64,000 nt of DNA from an uncultured bacterium (GTDB lineage: Bacteria > Fidelibacterota > Marinisomatia > Marinisomatales > TCS55). The position numbers were made by a program, and so were the translations under genes. The notes beneath the pieces were generated by a model. That model did not search any database. It was not told the DNA's origin and saw only the letters and a list, made by a program, of their open reading frames with translations. Positions 19,010 to 27,874 of this stretch are shown here, piece after piece. The first letter of the stretch is position 1. Every line of letters begins with the position of its first letter. The DNA lies in assembly GCA_964442015.1 (NCBI GenBank), contig CAYTYA010000001.1, positions 520 to 64,519 of the forward strand, in the 5' to 3' direction.

Positions 19010-20052
19010 AAATTGAATCCTATAGAAAATAAAGCCCAATTAGAAGGCAATTGAGATTTATTCGAAGTTCCAGCAGAATAAAACCTTGTTATTAGATCCA
19101 ATTTATTCTTTCTTAGGGAAATAATTAATCCACTACTAAAAGATCTAGTACCAATAACTGATCCTGCTCCAATATCAAATTTAATACGATTGATTATTGG
19201 GATATTTGACTCTCTAAGCCCAACTTGAACATACATAGAATTCTGTTGCCCATTAAGATTTGAAGAAAAATTAATTACCCCTGTTTCAAACCGAATTATC
19301 GATTCAAGATTATCGGTTCTAAAATGTAAAGGTGTTTTAATAATAAAATTGTAGTTTGACCCAGATGAATTAAGACTGTCCATACTATTCCACTGATTGA
19401 CTCCTCCTGATATTCCAATAGCCCATCCTTTAGTGAATTTTTGATACCAAGAAGTTTTATCAATATCTTCATCCCTACTAATAGGCGATCTAGGTTTTAT
19501 TAAAACTTCTTTTTGTTTATAGTCAGGTCCTCGACCATATCTTTCGCTGATATCAAATGGTTTTGATAAATGTTTGTCTAATTTTGCAGCAAGAATTTCA
19601 ACTGACATAGAATCTGCACTTGTTCGTATATTATTAACCCAGAACCTTGTTTCTTCAATATATCTATAGATTGCTTTTTCTGATATTCCACCAATTCTCA
19701 TATTTTCAACAATCACCGCTGAAATAACAGGTATAGAGTTATGTTTAGGGTCAGAATAAAAATTATCTAATGCACCGATTAATTCTTTATATCTTAGAAG
19801 ATCTAACGGATCATTATATGTGCCTTCAGCTAATAATGGTTCTACCTCCCATGCTTTTAAATAATAATATAGTCTTCCATCTAATAATCCATTTAAATGG
19901 GAAGCCTTAATTTGATAAACTGACTGACTTTCCTTTCCTAATTTTGTTGATATACGATTCCAGTTACTTCCATCCCAAAATATTCGATTTTCTCTTTGGG
20001 CAAACAGGATAGCAAAAATATATCCCACTAATATTATTTTGCGGGAAAGCAT
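19006..20052 (-). CDS. hypothetical protein: unrecognised N-terminal domain plus C-terminal outer-membrane beta-barrel-like region
   Basis: 348 aa with a signal peptide. The N-terminal ~130 aa is paralogous to the ORF at 20060..20503. The C-terminal ~150 aa has an alternating hydrophobic pattern and ends ...WALFSIGFNF (terminal Phe, OMP-like). Confidence 0.5.
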   Translation of the reverse strand: MLSRKIILVGYIFAILFAQRENRIFWDGSNWNRISTKLGKESQSVYQIKASHLNGLLDGRLYYYLKAWEVEPLLAEGTYNDPLDLLRYKELIGALDNFYSDPKHNSIPVISAVIVENMRIGGISEKAIYRYIEETRFWVNNIRTSADSMSVEILAAKLDKHLSKPFDISERYGRGPDYKQKEVLIKPRSPISRDEDIDKTSWYQKFTKGWAIGISGGVNQWNSMDSLNSSGSNYNFIIKTPLHFRTDNLESIIRFETGVINFSSNLNGQQNSMYVQVGLRESNIPIINRIKFDIGAGSVIGTRSFSSGLIISLRKNKLDLITRFYSAGTSNKSQLPSNWALFSIGFNF

Positions 20053-20059
20053 AATATTA

Positions 20060-20503
20060 CTACTGATTATTCTCTAAAATCATTCGGTTAATCCACTCCT
20101 TAGAATGACGTATATATTTGTCAATTTTATTCATAGGAATACGTTCACCAAACATATTGCATATTATTATTGCTGATGGTAGAGGAATGTAACCATTTAT
20201 TGGATCTGCATAGAAATTATCTAAGACTTTTACTAACTCTCTTGGTGATAAATAATCAACTGTCTCAGCATATAAGCTATCCGCAAAAGCTTGTTCCATT
20301 GTCCAAGCTTTCAAATAATAGAACAATCTACCATCTAATACACCATTAACATATCCAACCTTCATCATATATGTTAATTCTGGATCATAATTAGCTGTTT
20401 TCTCAATCCTTCTCCAATCGCTGCCATTCCAAAACAAACGATCCATTTGTTGAGCTGGTAAATAAATAATTAAAACTGCAATTATTATTAAAATACGATT
20501 CAT
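20060..20503 (-). CDS. hypothetical secreted protein, stand-alone copy of the domain in 19006..20052
   Basis: 147 aa with a signal peptide. Shared blocks with its neighbour are RLFWNGSDWRRI/RIFWDGSNWNRI, NGVLDGRLFYYLKAW/NGLLDGRLYYYLKAW and LDNFYADP..IPLPSAIIICNM/LDNFYSDP..IPVISAVIVENM. Confidence 0.5.
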   Translation of the reverse strand: MNRILIIIAVLIIYLPAQQMDRLFWNGSDWRRIEKTANYDPELTYMMKVGYVNGVLDGRLFYYLKAWTMEQAFADSLYAETVDYLSPRELVKVLDNFYADPINGYIPLPSAIIICNMFGERIPMNKIDKYIRHSKEWINRMILENNQ

Positions 20504-21867
20504 TGTACTACTACTGATTTTATATTTACAAATTCTAATATTCCATATTCTGATAATTCACGACCATATCCAGATTCTTTTATCCCTCCAAACGGGAGCC
20601 TAGGGTCAGACTTTACAAAGTCATTTACAGAACAGGATCCAGCTTCCAATTCATTAATTGCGATTTTCTCTCCTTTATCTATATCTCTAGTGAAAATAGC
20701 TGCACCAAGACCATAGTTAGTTTTATTTGCCAGTTTAATAGCATGATCCTCATCTTCAGCAGATATAATTACTGCAACAGGACCAAATAGTTCATCATCG
20801 AAAGCAGACATACCTGGTCTAACATTTGTTAATAAAGTTGGAGGATAAAATGAGCCCTCTTTTTCAGGAATATTTCCTCCAGATCGCAATATTGCACCTT
20901 TTTCAATACTCATTAATACTTGTTGGTGTAATTCATCTCTAGCATCAGTATTAACCATTGGACCGATATCAATAGTTGAATCAAGTGGATCTCCCATTTT
21001 CATATTATTGATCTTTTGTTCAACTTTATCAATAAAGTCATTTAAACGGGATTTAACAACTATAAACCTTTTTGCTGCAATACAACTTTGACCTGTGTTA
21101 AGCATCCTCCCCGCAATACAAGATTCGGCTGCATTATTAAGATCCGCATCCTCTAAAATAATGTAGGGATCATTTCCTCCTAACTCCAGAACAGTCTTTT
21201 TTAACAATGAACCCGCAAGGGATGCTACTGATTTACCTGCAGGAGTGCTACCTGTTAAGGTTACAGCTTTAACTAAAGGATTATTAATTACATTGCTCAC
21301 TTTATTAGATCCAATGACTAGATTACTAAAAGCATTATCAGGGAATCCTGCTTCCAAAAATAATTTTTCAATTTCCTTAGCACATCCTTGAACATTTGAA
21401 GCATGTTTTAAAATTCCCACATTTCCAGCCATTAGAGTTGGCGAGGCAAAACGAAATACTTGCCAAAATGGAAAATTCCATGGCATAATTGCTAATACCA
21501 ATCCAATTGGCTGAAATGATATAAAACTTTTCTTAGAATCAGTAGATATTTCTTTTTTAGATAAAAATTGTCCTGCATTATCAGCATAGTATTCACAAAC
21601 CCACGCACATTTCTCAGCTTCTGCTATACTTTGATTAATTGGCTTGCCCATTTCTTGAGTCATTAAAACACCCAATTCTTCTTTTCTTTGTTTTAATAGT
21701 TTGGCAAGATTTTTCATCTTCTTTGAACGATAAGAAATACTCTTATTCCGCCATTCTAAATAAGTGTTATATGAAGAATTAATAATCTGATTAATACTAT
21801 TTTTAGAAATCTCTTTATGTGATTCTAGAATTTTATTATTAGTTGGATTTATTGATATAAGATTCAT
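20500..21867 (-). CDS. NAD(P)-dependent aldehyde dehydrogenase, succinate-semialdehyde dehydrogenase-like
   Basis: 455 aa with ALDH motifs FTGSTPAGK-like (LTGSTPAGKSV), LELGGNDP and the catalytic Cys region NTGQSCIAAKRF. Confidence 0.8.
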   Translation of the reverse strand: MNLISINPTNNKILESHKEISKNSINQIINSSYNTYLEWRNKSISYRSKKMKNLAKLLKQRKEELGVLMTQEMGKPINQSIAEAEKCAWVCEYYADNAGQFLSKKEISTDSKKSFISFQPIGLVLAIMPWNFPFWQVFRFASPTLMAGNVGILKHASNVQGCAKEIEKLFLEAGFPDNAFSNLVIGSNKVSNVINNPLVKAVTLTGSTPAGKSVASLAGSLLKKTVLELGGNDPYIILEDADLNNAAESCIAGRMLNTGQSCIAAKRFIVVKSRLNDFIDKVEQKINNMKMGDPLDSTIDIGPMVNTDARDELHQQVLMSIEKGAILRSGGNIPEKEGSFYPPTLLTNVRPGMSAFDDELFGPVAVIISAEDEDHAIKLANKTNYGLGAAIFTRDIDKGEKIAINELEAGSCSVNDFVKSDPRLPFGGIKESGYGRELSEYGILEFVNIKSVVVQ

Positions 21868-21878
21868 AAGAAATAATT

Positions 21879-24050
21879 CTAATATTTTATCCCAGCCAAA
21901 TCAATCAGAAATGCATAATTTAGAGCAAGCTCTTTAAATCGGCGGAATCTCCCTGACTTTCCACCATGACCTGCATCCATATTTGTATACAAATATAGTT
22001 CATTATTCCCCGTTTTATATTCTCTCAATTTGGCAACCCATTTTACAGGCTCCCAGTATTGAACCTGGGAGTCAAAATAACCTGCAGTAACTAACATATT
22101 TGGATATTCAGCTTTAAATACATTATCATATGGAGAATATCTTATCATATAATCATATTCATCTTTATTTCGAGGGTCACCCCATTCATCCCATTCATTT
22201 GAAGTAAGAGGAATAGATGGGTCCATCATAGTATTTATTACATCTACAAAGGGGACTGCTGCAACAACACCATGATATAGATCAGGAGCCATATTAACTA
22301 CTGCACCCATTAGTAATCCACCAGCACTACCTCCCATTGCAAATAAATGATCTGGATCAGTATATTTTTTTTGAATTAAAAATTTGCTACAATCAATAAA
22401 ATCATTAAATGTATTTAGCTTATTGAACATTTTACCATCTTCATACCATTCTCTTCCGTAAGTCTGACTTCCTCTAATATGAGCAATGGCATAAACAAAA
22501 CCTCTATCTAAAAGACTTAAACGGTTTGAGTTAAATGAAGGATCTATTGTACTACCATATGAACCATAGGCATATAATAATAGATTATTCTTTCCATTTT
22601 TCTTAAAACCTCTCTTATACACAATAGAAATAGGTACTCTTTTACCATCTCTAACTGTTGCATATAATCTTTCAGATTGGTATTTATCTGGATCATAGCC
22701 TCCAACCACCTCTGACTGTTTTAATAAAATGGATTGTCTAGAATTCATATCATAATCATAAGTAGATGAAGGTGTAATTAATGAAGAAAATTGGTATCTA
22801 AGAAGATTGGTATCAAAAGAAAGATTCACAGATGTATAAGCAGAATAAACCTCTTCGCCAAAATCGAGGTAATGCTCTTTTCCATTATTTTGATTGATTA
22901 TTCTGATTTGAGGCAACCCATCTTTCCTCTCACTGATTACAAGATAGTTTGAAAATACATCTATATCATTTAAAAACACGTCTTGCCTATGAGATATCAC
23001 TTCTTTCCAGTTTTGTTTTGATGTTGCTTCTTCAGACGTTTCCATTAATCTAAAATTCATCGCATTCCAATTAGTTACGATATAAAATTTATCTTCAAAA
23101 TGCTCTATTGAATATTCATGCTCTTTCTCTCTAGGGCTAAATTGAAGAAACTTTCCCATAGGATTATCAGCATTCAATATGTAATAATCACTAACCAGGG
23201 TACTACTATTATAAATAATAATGTATTTATTTGATTTGGAGCGATAAACACCAATATAAAATGAATCATCCTTTTCAGTAAATACGATAGCATCTTCTGA
23301 TTGAGATGTACCTAATGAATGCCTAGCAATATTTTCTGATAGCAAAGTGGTTTTATTCTTTAACGTATAAAAAAAAGTTGAATTATCATTTGCCCATGCC
23401 ACTGAACCCTCAGTACCATGAATTTCATCTGTTAATAATTTACCTGTTTCTAAGTTTTTTATTTTAACAGTATATATTCTTCGACTTAAAGTATCGATGC
23501 TAAATGCCAACAATTTATTATTAGGGCTTACAGATAGATTTCTTAATGAAAAATAATCCTGTCCTTCAGCCCATTGATTAACATCAATTAACAGTTCCTC
23601 TTTATTACCTAATGAATCTTTTTTACGACAGTAAAAAGGGTATTCCTGACCTTTCTCATATCTTGTATAATACCAATACCCATTTTTAAAATAAGGGACA
23701 GATGAATCATCTTTTTTAATTCGTCCAACTATTTCACTATATAGTTTTTTTTGAAGCTTTTCCGTATGCTTTAGCTTATTGCTCGTATAATCATTTTCTT
23801 TATTAATATAGTTAACTACCTGCATTGTTTGATCATCGGGCCATCCCTCACTATTTTTTGCAGATTTCTGGTCATCGCTTAAACGAATCCAATGATAATT
23901 ATCAACTCTTTCCCGACCATGTGCAAAAGTTTTATGAGGTTGTTTATTTGCAATCGGTGGTTTCATATCTAATTGACCAATTTGACTTCTAAAGTAATAG
24001 AGTATCATAATAATTATGATTATTGAATACCATGTAAAATTTCTATTCAT
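21879..24050 (-). CDS. ptrB: oligopeptidase B / S9A prolyl oligopeptidase family serine peptidase
   Basis: 723 aa with an N-terminal propeller and a C-terminal hydrolase domain. Nucleophile motif GGSAGGLLMG and a C-terminal DAGHGG. An N-terminal hydrophobic anchor is present. Confidence 0.8.
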   Translation of the reverse strand: MNRNFTWYSIIIIIMILYYFRSQIGQLDMKPPIANKQPHKTFAHGRERVDNYHWIRLSDDQKSAKNSEGWPDDQTMQVVNYINKENDYTSNKLKHTEKLQKKLYSEIVGRIKKDDSSVPYFKNGYWYYTRYEKGQEYPFYCRKKDSLGNKEELLIDVNQWAEGQDYFSLRNLSVSPNNKLLAFSIDTLSRRIYTVKIKNLETGKLLTDEIHGTEGSVAWANDNSTFFYTLKNKTTLLSENIARHSLGTSQSEDAIVFTEKDDSFYIGVYRSKSNKYIIIYNSSTLVSDYYILNADNPMGKFLQFSPREKEHEYSIEHFEDKFYIVTNWNAMNFRLMETSEEATSKQNWKEVISHRQDVFLNDIDVFSNYLVISERKDGLPQIRIINQNNGKEHYLDFGEEVYSAYTSVNLSFDTNLLRYQFSSLITPSSTYDYDMNSRQSILLKQSEVVGGYDPDKYQSERLYATVRDGKRVPISIVYKRGFKKNGKNNLLLYAYGSYGSTIDPSFNSNRLSLLDRGFVYAIAHIRGSQTYGREWYEDGKMFNKLNTFNDFIDCSKFLIQKKYTDPDHLFAMGGSAGGLLMGAVVNMAPDLYHGVVAAVPFVDVINTMMDPSIPLTSNEWDEWGDPRNKDEYDYMIRYSPYDNVFKAEYPNMLVTAGYFDSQVQYWEPVKWVAKLREYKTGNNELYLYTNMDAGHGGKSGRFRRFKELALNYAFLIDLAGIKY

Positions 24051-24793
24051 TGTAATCTCTCCCCCCTTTTAATAAAAATAAATGGAATATAAGCTAATAA
24101 AAAGTGTGCTAACGCAACAAATTCAGCAACCAAAATATACCAAGGCCACGGGCCTAAATAGTCTAATAAAGATGGTACATGTTCTCCTATTTCATTAATT
24201 GGTTTACCACAAATCCAAAAATAATTAGCATCAAGTAATATATTCGCTATAATTGCGATTAATAAGAATAAATTTAATGCGAACATCGCTTTAAAAATGC
24301 TTTTCAAACTTGGCCTCATGCCGTATACCACAGTCGCATAGATTAAAGCTATAATCATCCCATGATGTGCAAACCAAAATCTAAAAAATTGAAAATGTGG
24401 AAAACCTGCAGCTATATCAGGAGTAATTACAGCTTGTAACATACCTGAAAGTCCCCAAAAATATAAAATTTCATAGAAAAGATAACTTCTTGAAACCATA
24501 ACAAAAGGAAGAAGTATGTTAGCCATTCGGCAAAGATGTATAGGCAAATGCAATTTTAGATCAAATGTACCTGCAAAAATCTCTAAGAATGTCCAAAGAA
24601 TGTAACTGCTCATTACAGCATACCCAATCACGCTTCCCACAATATGCTGATAATGCTCAGATAATTTTTTCTTTGCAAATATAGGGATGAAAATTGAAAG
24701 AATTATTGCCAAGAATATTGAAATAATATGGCTCGTACCAAATAATATAAATGGATCATAAGTATCCAGATATTTTCCTACTATTTCCCTCAT
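24047..24793 (-). CDS. integral membrane protein (possibly TIGR02206/YwaF-like)
   Basis: 248 aa with about 7 TM helices and an LPIHLCRM motif reminiscent of the TIGR02206 family. Its stop overlaps the ptrB start by 4 nt. Confidence 0.45.
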   Translation of the reverse strand: MREIVGKYLDTYDPFILFGTSHIISIFLAIILSIFIPIFAKKKLSEHYQHIVGSVIGYAVMSSYILWTFLEIFAGTFDLKLHLPIHLCRMANILLPFVMVSRSYLFYEILYFWGLSGMLQAVITPDIAAGFPHFQFFRFWFAHHGMIIALIYATVVYGMRPSLKSIFKAMFALNLFLLIAIIANILLDANYFWICGKPINEIGEHVPSLLDYLGPWPWYILVAEFVALAHFLLAYIPFIFIKRGERLQ

Positions 24794-24811
24794 TTTATAA
24801 ATATATAAATT

Positions 24812-25750
24812 TCATTTATCTTTTATAATTGAATTAGTATTATTTAATCGATTATTATAATTACCTGTCCACCACTTTAATTCTTCTTCTACCCATGGTC
24901 CATACTCTTCTTCTTGATAAATCATCATTCCATCTTCAGAAAAAGAACGCCAAATCCCTTTCGGAAATCCATTTGAGTATTCACCTTCTATTGCAGGATT
25001 CCCATTGTTAAAATACCAAATCCAAACGCCATTTTGCTTTCCTTTTAAGAATGAACCCTCTAAACGATTATTGCCATTTTCAAACCACTCATAAATTTTC
25101 CCTATTAAAATTCCTTTATCATAAATATAATTAAATTCTTTTTGTCCATTATTATACCATGAAGTCTGTTCACCATCTTGATCACCAAGAAACCAAAATA
25201 ATTTTAATCGATGGCTACCATCTTCATGCCATCCAAGCTCCCATTGATGTTTTTTACCCTTTGTATAGAATACTTCGTTAAATTTTCTACCGTTTTCATG
25301 CCAATGCGTATATCTTCCCTGTAAAACATTATACTTATAATTAATCTCTGAAAATTTTTTTTGAGATTCGTAGTACTTTGTCCATAAGCCTTCCTTGCTA
25401 CCTTTAAGAAAGGTGCCTAACTCTTGTAAGACTCCAGATTGAAAAAATAATCTATATGTACCATGTCGAAGATTACTAACAAAAGTTACTTCAGATTTTT
25501 TTTCACCAGTTATATATCTCCAAGTCCAAATACCTTCTTGCAGACCTAAAACAAGATTACCTTCAAATTCTATTTCACCTGTAGGATATTTTTTATAAAC
25601 ATCCCCTTCAAAAGGGCTCTTTGAACTTGGTAAATATCTTTTTCCTTTATCATCTAGATCTTCTCTTATAATTAAACTATCTATGTTTACTCCACTAGCT
25701 TTTATAGCAGATTGAAGTAAACAAATAATTAGAATTAATACATGCACCAT
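24812..25750 (-). CDS. secreted MORN-variant / YwqK-like repeat protein
   Basis: 312 aa with a signal peptide and about 9 tandem ~23-aa repeats of the G.W..Y..NG type (EGLWTKYYESQKK, QGRYTHWHENGRK, NGVWIWYFNNGNP, KGIWRSFSEDGMM). Confidence 0.6.
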   Translation of the reverse strand: MVHVLILIICLLQSAIKASGVNIDSLIIREDLDDKGKRYLPSSKSPFEGDVYKKYPTGEIEFEGNLVLGLQEGIWTWRYITGEKKSEVTFVSNLRHGTYRLFFQSGVLQELGTFLKGSKEGLWTKYYESQKKFSEINYKYNVLQGRYTHWHENGRKFNEVFYTKGKKHQWELGWHEDGSHRLKLFWFLGDQDGEQTSWYNNGQKEFNYIYDKGILIGKIYEWFENGNNRLEGSFLKGKQNGVWIWYFNNGNPAIEGEYSNGFPKGIWRSFSEDGMMIYQEEEYGPWVEEELKWWTGNYNNRLNNTNSIIKDK

Positions 25751-25833
25751 TAAATCGATCAGAAACTAATTAAAAATAAAACTGGGGGAATACTTTGTGA
25801 TATAATGCAAAAATAGAAAAAATATATACAAAA

Positions 25834-26904
25834 TTACTGAAGCTGTATTCCTCTATTATCAAAAACAGAATATAGTTTTCCATCCCAAAATTTAAATTCT
25901 CGCTCATCAATTAGTAATTCCTTTTGATTACTTATGACACTAAATCGAACTCGTTGCAGATGAAAAGTTCCTCTTATATATGGATCATACCATTTAATAT
26001 ATTTTATGGAATTATAGTTAATAATATTTTCTTTCATCCATGGATCAATCATATTAAAAAGGGGTAAAGATTCAAGTGACCCACTTATTGATGGTATTAA
26101 TTCTTCTTTAGAAACTTCATCTGATCTAAAATTATCTACCCATGAATTCGTATTCATTTTTTCATTAATTTGAATTGAGGCAGACTGAGCTACATCAATT
26201 GATTGATACTTACCAGAACGAACTCGATACCATAGGATACCACTTTTATCAACATATCCTTTTTGTATATAAGCATCAATCCCTTTTGACTGCGCAATAC
26301 TCACTAAAGATTGTGCAGCATCGAGATCTTTTCCAGAGGTTATTTGAACAGTATAAAATTTTTCAGAATTATTAATTGGTTGAGTTATAGTTTGCTGTTC
26401 TAATCTATCCTCATCTGACTCCTTCACTGAATTATTTTTAGTTTCGCCCTTATCATTGATAGCCGTGTCATTATAAGCACCAGTTTCATTCACCATATTT
26501 GTTTCTTCATCTACTTCATAATTTTCATTACTATCATTGTTATCATCAAAGCTATCATCTAGGTTAGCTCCATCAACAATCTTCTTCATATCTTCTATTG
26601 TAGCATTTGAATCTACCGTTACGAAAAACATATTTATCCAACCAATAGTATCTTCAAAAGCAACTTGAAACCAGGTCGTATTAAAAAGACCTTTTTTTAC
26701 ATCTTTTATTTTTATTACTTCTAGTTCAGTTCCTATAGGAACAAAAGTGATCGGGGATTTTGTTTTTGGATTATCAATAAGTCTTGCAGAATTATCTTTT
26801 ACTATCACCTTCTTAATTCTTAGAGAATCATCTGAGCAACTCAATGTTATAAGCATTGCAACAAGGAAAAATTTTAACCTATCCCTCACAATATAAATTA
26901 CCAC
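25834..26904 (-). CDS. SPOR domain-containing secreted/lipo-protein
   Basis: 356 aa. SH3-like N-terminal segment, an acidic Asn/Asp/Glu-rich linker, then a SPOR-like block (FYTVQITSGKDLDAAQSLV...LWYRVRSGKYQSIDVAQ). Confidence 0.55.
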   Translation of the reverse strand: MVIYIVRDRLKFFLVAMLITLSCSDDSLRIKKVIVKDNSARLIDNPKTKSPITFVPIGTELEVIKIKDVKKGLFNTTWFQVAFEDTIGWINMFFVTVDSNATIEDMKKIVDGANLDDSFDDNNDSNENYEVDEETNMVNETGAYNDTAINDKGETKNNSVKESDEDRLEQQTITQPINNSEKFYTVQITSGKDLDAAQSLVSIAQSKGIDAYIQKGYVDKSGILWYRVRSGKYQSIDVAQSASIQINEKMNTNSWVDNFRSDEVSKEELIPSISGSLESLPLFNMIDPWMKENIINYNSIKYIKWYDPYIRGTFHLQRVRFSVISNQKELLIDEREFKFWDGKLYSVFDNRGIQLQ

Positions 26905-27836
26905 CTCTCATAATAAAATGAACTCTTTTCTATTGGGATTTCATGTATTTTGCCAAACATAAATTTTACAAAGAATTTTACAGATTCAATTAATCTACCA
27001 TCTTTTCCATATTTATAAAGAATTTTTCGCACTACTGTTCCATTTTCATCAGACATCTCAATATCAACGATGTATCCTCTTCTATCATATTGATATATTT
27101 TTTTTGCAACGCTTTCATAGTTATTTATAAGATCACCATTATTATCGATAAGATTCCATTCTTTCAGGTTGTCTTTCCGATCATATTTATATTGATCTTT
27201 TAAAGTTAAATTTTTATTGTAATCATAAAATTTTTCTTCAACTAATTTTCCATCAGAATTATAAGTATAAATAAAATCGCTGCTTCTTTTTCCATCTGGA
27301 TAATAAGCAGTTTCTTTGGCTAACTCTTTTTCTGAATTATAACGAAATGTATGACTGATAAATTCAGATCCTTCTTCTTTAAGATAAGAAGACTTTTCAA
27401 TAAGTTGATTCTCATTATTGTATTTATACGTGTCCTTCCAATTTAATGATCCATCATAATCATAGGATGATTCATTAATTATTTGCTTATGCTTACCATA
27501 TTTGAAAATATTTTTCCAAACCAATAAACCATCTGAACCATAACTTGAAAGTTCAACAAGTAATCCATCATTATTATAAAAATAAATATCCTTACTTAAT
27601 AATTCGTTCTTACCCTTATACTTTACTATAGATGATATATTGCCACTTTTATCATAGTTAGTTCTTATTTGGTTTTGTAAAATATCAAGGTATTCACCAA
27701 ATTGATTGTGAAATTCATATTTAGACTCTGTAATAATTTTAGTTAAAGATGAGTCATCTGCATTAATATATCTAATTAAAAAAAGAAAAACGAAAAATAT
27801 TCTATATAACATATTTGAATTCATTCTTCTATTCAT
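26898..27836 (-). CDS. secreted repeat protein (YD-like ~22-25 aa repeats)
   Basis: 312 aa with a signal peptide and repeats such as YKYNNENQLIEKSSY, YTYNSDGKLVEEKFYDY, YKYDRKDNLKEWNLID and YKYGKDGRLIESVKF. Confidence 0.45.
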   Translation of the reverse strand: MNRRMNSNMLYRIFFVFLFLIRYINADDSSLTKIITESKYEFHNQFGEYLDILQNQIRTNYDKSGNISSIVKYKGKNELLSKDIYFYNNDGLLVELSSYGSDGLLVWKNIFKYGKHKQIINESSYDYDGSLNWKDTYKYNNENQLIEKSSYLKEEGSEFISHTFRYNSEKELAKETAYYPDGKRSSDFIYTYNSDGKLVEEKFYDYNKNLTLKDQYKYDRKDNLKEWNLIDNNGDLINNYESVAKKIYQYDRRGYIVDIEMSDENGTVVRKILYKYGKDGRLIESVKFFVKFMFGKIHEIPIEKSSFYYERW

Positions 27837-27874
27837 AAATAATTAGAATCTATAAGTATTCTTGCAGATGGTGT

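Noticed and set aside
26898-27836. YD-like repeats as an Rhs/polymorphic toxin
   Set aside because: The protein is only 312 aa and has no Rhs core or PxxxxDPxGL boundary. It has no C-terminal toxin domain and no immunity gene.
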